Virus record (IMG/VR): IMGVR_UViG_3300015609_000147 | Source of the DNA: an uncultured virus (IMG/VR IMGVR_UViG_3300015609_000147) | Taxonomy: Duplodnaviria; Heunggongvirae; Uroviricota; Caudoviricetes | Direction: 5' to 3' (one strand) | Length of the DNA stretch: 64,000 nucleotides | Shown here: positions 60,461 through 64,000 of the stretch, one piece after another | How the letters are laid out: every line of letters starts with the position of its first letter | How positions within the stretch are numbered: position 1 is the stretch's first letter | Notes under the pieces: model-generated | The model's input: only the letters and a program-made list of their open reading frames with translations | Databases searched by the model: none | Told to the model about the DNA's origin: nothing | Translations under genes and position numbers: made by a program

Positions 60461-60816
60461 TGATGGACCGCCACACCGGCCGCAGCATCACCGAGCTGGA
60501 GCACCTGCGCCAATCCGTGGGCGATATCCTGGCCACGCCCATCGGAACCCGCGTCATGCGCCGCGAATATGGCTCGCTCGTGCCCGCGCTGCTGGACCAG
60601 CCCGACAACAGCACCACCGAAATCCGCGTCCTCTCCGCCGCCACCAGTGCCCTGATGCGCTGGGAACCGCGGCTCTCCGTGCGGCAGATCCGCATCGAGC
60701 GCGAGGCCGGCACGCCCGGCCGCGCCACCCTGGAAATCTGGGGCGACTTCCTGAGCCCGGCCGCCGCCAAGGCCCGCGCCCTGCGCCTGGCCGTCAACGT
60801 CGGGGGCGCACCATGA
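60460..60816 (+). CDS. P2 gpW baseplate protein
   Basis: HLRQSV.DIL.TPIGTRVMRREYGS, RWEPR. Confidence 0.93.
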   Translation: MMDRHTGRSITELEHLRQSVGDILATPIGTRVMRREYGSLVPALLDQPDNSTTEIRVLSAATSALMRWEPRLSVRQIRIEREAGTPGRATLEIWGDFLSPAAAKARALRLAVNVGGAP

Positions 60817-61655
60817 GCATGGACCTTGCCGCCCTCCCCTCCCCGCTGGTCATCGAGCCGCTGGACTTCGAGCAGATTTATGCGGACCTCAAGGCCGACA
60901 TACTGGCCCGCTACCCCGAGCTGGCCGAGGTGCTGCAGCTCGAATCAGATCCCCTGGTCAAGCTGCTGCAGGCCTGCGCCTACCGTGAGCTGCTGTACCG
61001 CGCCCGCGTCAACGATGCCGCCCGCGCCCACCTGCTGGCCTTCGCCACGGGCGCCGACCTTGACCACCTGGCCGCGCAATACGGCGTGGAGCGCCAGGCC
61101 GGCGAAACCGACGAGCGCCTGCGCGCCCGCCTGCAGCTGCGCATCGCGGCCCTGGCCGGCCAGGGCACGCGCGAGCACTACGAATTCCACGCGCTCACCG
61201 CCTCGCCCCTGGTGCGCGCCGTGCGCGCCAGCCAACTGGCCCCGGGCAGCGTGCTCGTCATGCTGTGGGTCACCGACCAGGCACAGGCCCAGGCCGTGCG
61301 GCAGCTCGTGTCCGAGGCCCTCAACGCCGACAACGCCCGCATGCTGGGCGTGCCCGTCAATGTGGCCGTGGCCGTGCCGCGCGCCATCGATATCACGGCC
61401 CGCATCACGCGCACGCGCAGCGCGCCGGCCGGTCTGCTGCAGCAGCTGCAGGCCCGCCTGCAGGCCGCCTTTGCCGGTATGGCCAGCCTGGAGGGCAGCG
61501 TGGCGCGCAGCTACATCACCACCCTGCTGCATGTCGATGGCGTGCACGCCGTGGACTACCCGGACAACACCCGGCCCGCGCCCATCACCCCCATCGCTGC
61601 CGGCGAATTCCCGGCCCTGGGCGCCGTGGAACTGATCGACGCGGGAGTGGCCTGA
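60813..61655 (+). CDS. P2 gpJ baseplate protein
   Basis: LESDPLVKLL, RVNDAARA, DLDHLAA. Confidence 0.92.
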   Translation: MSMDLAALPSPLVIEPLDFEQIYADLKADILARYPELAEVLQLESDPLVKLLQACAYRELLYRARVNDAARAHLLAFATGADLDHLAAQYGVERQAGETDERLRARLQLRIAALAGQGTREHYEFHALTASPLVRAVRASQLAPGSVLVMLWVTDQAQAQAVRQLVSEALNADNARMLGVPVNVAVAVPRAIDITARITRTRSAPAGLLQQLQARLQAAFAGMASLEGSVARSYITTLLHVDGVHAVDYPDNTRPAPITPIAAGEFPALGAVELIDAGVA

Positions 61656-62602
61656 TGGACGCGCGCCGCAGCATCCTGCCGCCTGCATCCACCACCTTGG
61701 AGCGGGTGATAGACACCACGCTGCCACGCGACTGGGGCGCGCTGGCCGACGCGGCCGAGCCGGCCAGCACCGCCCAGCACCCGGCCCTGCTGCCCTGGCT
61801 GGCCCAGCAGTGGCAGCTGGGGCAATTCGAGCGGTATTTTTCCGACCCGCGCGAGCTGCTGGCCAAGGGCCTGCCCTGGCTGCGCGAGCGTGGCAGCGCA
61901 GCCGCCGTGCGCCGTGCGCTGGTCTGGCAGGGCTACCTGGCCGTAACCCTGGAAGAGGACGGCGCCCGCCTGCACATCAACCCGGGCCGCGAAGTCAGCA
62001 ATGCCGATATCGCGCACATGGCCCATGTCGTGCGGGCCAGCATCCCGTTGCACGTCCATTTCTACCGGGTGTTCTACCGCTTCGATTTGCGCGCCCTGCG
62101 CTGGGATCGCGCGCCCAAACTCGATGGTGCCCTGTGGGACAACGACAGCGGCACGCCCGTCGACGTGGGCGAGGGCGAGCCGCCCGTCATCGGAAGCCAA
62201 GGCCGCATCAACCAGTCCCAGGCCCAGGCGCCCCGGCTAACCCCGCTGCGCAGCGCCGACCACCAGCACACCAGCGGCCGCATGCGCCGCGCCGATGAGA
62301 TGCGCCTGGACGTTTGGCGCTGGGACGGCCGCCTGCAGCGCCTGGCCACGGGCGGGCAGCTGCAGCTGACGCCCAGCGATGCACCGCCGCGCGCCCAGCA
62401 CCCGCCATGGAGCAACCACGGCGAGGCCTGGGCCGCCAGCGCGGGCACGCGGCCCGGCCTGTGGCCTGGCGTCGCCAACGCCTGGACGGCCGGGGCCTGC
62501 CAGCCGCGCATGGCGCCGGCCCGGGGCTGGACCGGCCGCTGGGATGGCGACCGCTGGCAGCAATCCAACATCCACAGCAAGACCACCGAATCAACGGAGT
62601 AA
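61655..62602 (+). CDS. gpI-like tail/baseplate protein with Trp-rich extension
   Basis: SILPP..T.LER, LLPWLA.QW, RGS..AVRRAL. Confidence 0.75.
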   Translation: MDARRSILPPASTTLERVIDTTLPRDWGALADAAEPASTAQHPALLPWLAQQWQLGQFERYFSDPRELLAKGLPWLRERGSAAAVRRALVWQGYLAVTLEEDGARLHINPGREVSNADIAHMAHVVRASIPLHVHFYRVFYRFDLRALRWDRAPKLDGALWDNDSGTPVDVGEGEPPVIGSQGRINQSQAQAPRLTPLRSADHQHTSGRMRRADEMRLDVWRWDGRLQRLATGGQLQLTPSDAPPRAQHPPWSNHGEAWAASAGTRPGLWPGVANAWTAGACQPRMAPARGWTGRWDGDRWQQSNIHSKTTESTE

Positions 62603-62605
62603 GAC

Positions 62606-63094
62606 ATGCAGACACTGCAAGACGCTGGCCGCATCGCGCTGGCCAAGGCCCTGGCCGCCATGGGCGCGCACATCGCATGGGGCCGTGGCGATGGCGCGTG
62701 GACCGCCCCGCCGGCCAACCCTTCCGACCGCACCGCGCTGCAGGACGAAATCGGCCGCCGCGCCGTGGTGGACGTGGGCTATGCCGTTCCCGGCACCGCC
62801 CAGGACCACGATATCGAGATGCCAGGCCAGGTCTACTACAAGACCAGCGCCCAGCCCACGCCCTTTCTGCTGCTGCGCACCACCTTTGCTTTCGCGGATG
62901 CCCAGGGCGAAACCGTGCGCGAGTGCGGCGTGTTCTTCGGCACCATGGCCAAGGCGGACGTACCGCCAGGCCAGCGCTACCTCACGCCGGCCGAGGTCGA
63001 GAACCCCGGGACCGTGTACTGCCTGGAGTTGCGCCCGCCCGTGCTGCGCAGCGGCACGACCAAGGCCACCGAAGAAATCGTGATCCCCCTGTGA
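62606..63094 (+). CDS. Tail collar/fibre-attachment-like protein
   Basis: 162 aa, AWGRGD..W, EIGRR, VRECGVF. Confidence 0.65.
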   Translation: MQTLQDAGRIALAKALAAMGAHIAWGRGDGAWTAPPANPSDRTALQDEIGRRAVVDVGYAVPGTAQDHDIEMPGQVYYKTSAQPTPFLLLRTTFAFADAQGETVRECGVFFGTMAKADVPPGQRYLTPAEVENPGTVYCLELRPPVLRSGTTKATEEIVIPL

Positions 63095-63112
63095 TCCCCG
63101 TGTGAGCCGCCC

Positions 63113-64000
63113 ATGACCAGCTACAACCGACACGACCCCGCCAAGGGCTATATCGCCCATGTGTTCCACGCCGACCGCGTGGCGCAATCGGCCGAGCCCA
63201 ATGAAATGCAGTCCGAGGCGCGCTACCAGTTGCGCCGCGTGGCCGATGCCCTGTTCGCCGATGGCGAAATCACCACGGGCGCGCGCTGCACCGTGGATGC
63301 CGAAACCGGCGCCTGCCAGCTGGAAGCCGGCAGCATCTACCTGGCCGGCGGCGTGCGCGACGTGCCGGCCGCGCAGCTGCAAATCTCCGTGCAGGGCACC
63401 GTCACCGTGGGCGTGCACTACAGCACGCGCGTGGTCACGGCCGAGGAAGACCCCAGCCTCTACAACCCTGCCCAGGGCACCAGCGGCTACGGCGAGCCCG
63501 GCGCCGACCGGCTCAAGCTCACCGTGGCATGGGGCCTGCAGGGCCAGGGCGCGGGCGATTTCTACCCCGTGTGGACCATCGAAGACGGCATCGTCAAGCC
63601 GCGCGACGCGGGCCTGCAGGCCAATGCCGTGGCCGAGGCCATCAAACGCTATGACGTGGACAGCGCGGGCGGCACCTATGCTGTGCGCGGCCTCAAGGCC
63701 CTGCAGCTGGACGATGACAGCGAGGGCCGCCAGGTCTACGCCATCGGCGCGGGCGCGGCGCGCGTGGGCGGCGCGGCCGTGGAAGTGCCCGCCGACCGGC
63801 GCCTGGTGTTCACGGCCCAGGCCGACATGGCCGCCATCAGCAGCGAGCCCCACAGCAGCAGCACCGATGCCCTGCAGCATGTGAGCTTTGACCGCTGGCC
63901 CGTGCTGGAGCCCGCCCAGGTGCGCATCCAGCGGCGCCGCACCGACCCCGTGGTGCACGGCAGCTTCGTGGGTGCGGCCGATCCGCTGCCGGTCAATAGC
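63113..64000 (+). CDS. Large tail fibre/baseplate protein (DUF4815-like), partial
   Basis: MTSYNRHDPAKGY...QSAEPNEMQ...GEPGADRLK; runs off the window edge. Confidence 0.7.
   Translation, partial: MTSYNRHDPAKGYIAHVFHADRVAQSAEPNEMQSEARYQLRRVADALFADGEITTGARCTVDAETGACQLEAGSIYLAGGVRDVPAAQLQISVQGTVTVGVHYSTRVVTAEEDPSLYNPAQGTSGYGEPGADRLKLTVAWGLQGQGAGDFYPVWTIEDGIVKPRDAGLQANAVAEAIKRYDVDSAGGTYAVRGLKALQLDDDSEGRQVYAIGAGAARVGGAAVEVPADRRLVFTAQADMAAISSEPHSSSTDALQHVSFDRWPVLEPAQVRIQRRRTDPVVHGSFVGAADPLPVNS

Larger units (their letters stand above)
50001..64000. mobile_element. P2-like prophage (continues beyond the window)
   Basis: Gene order Q,P / O,N,M,L,X,lysis,R,S,V,W,J,I. Confidence 0.95.

Overview
GC-rich betaproteobacterial chromosome segment (Comamonadaceae-like by gene style; inference) with two unrelated prophages flanking a short host block. 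(1) <1..~43210: a lambda-like siphovirus prophage whose integrase lies next to the 3' end of tRNA-Cys. It has xis, an early-left operon, a cI/cro switch with four palindromic operators, a TOPRIM primase plus SF3/DUF5906 helicase, ori- and cos-like sites, gpA terminase, a Q-like regulator, head, tail and lysis genes. Its cargo includes an AT-rich NACHT NTPase missed by the ORF track, a TM+SH3b protein, a DUF4209/HEPN-like protein and small membrane proteins. (2) 43210..49673: host tRNA-Cys, three tRNA-Gly, lon, clpX, clpP and tig. (3) ~50001..>64000: a P2-like prophage in phiCTX-type layout (att-cos-cargo slot-portal), with two LexA boxes in front of a tiny ORF. Top leads: a motif-dead paralog of the phage's own helicase, the SH3/NACHT cargo pair, a 3-TM holin-like domain fused to the endolysin, and an antisense membrane gene where tail chaperones normally lie. 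All calls come from reading motifs and gene order by eye; no database searches were run.
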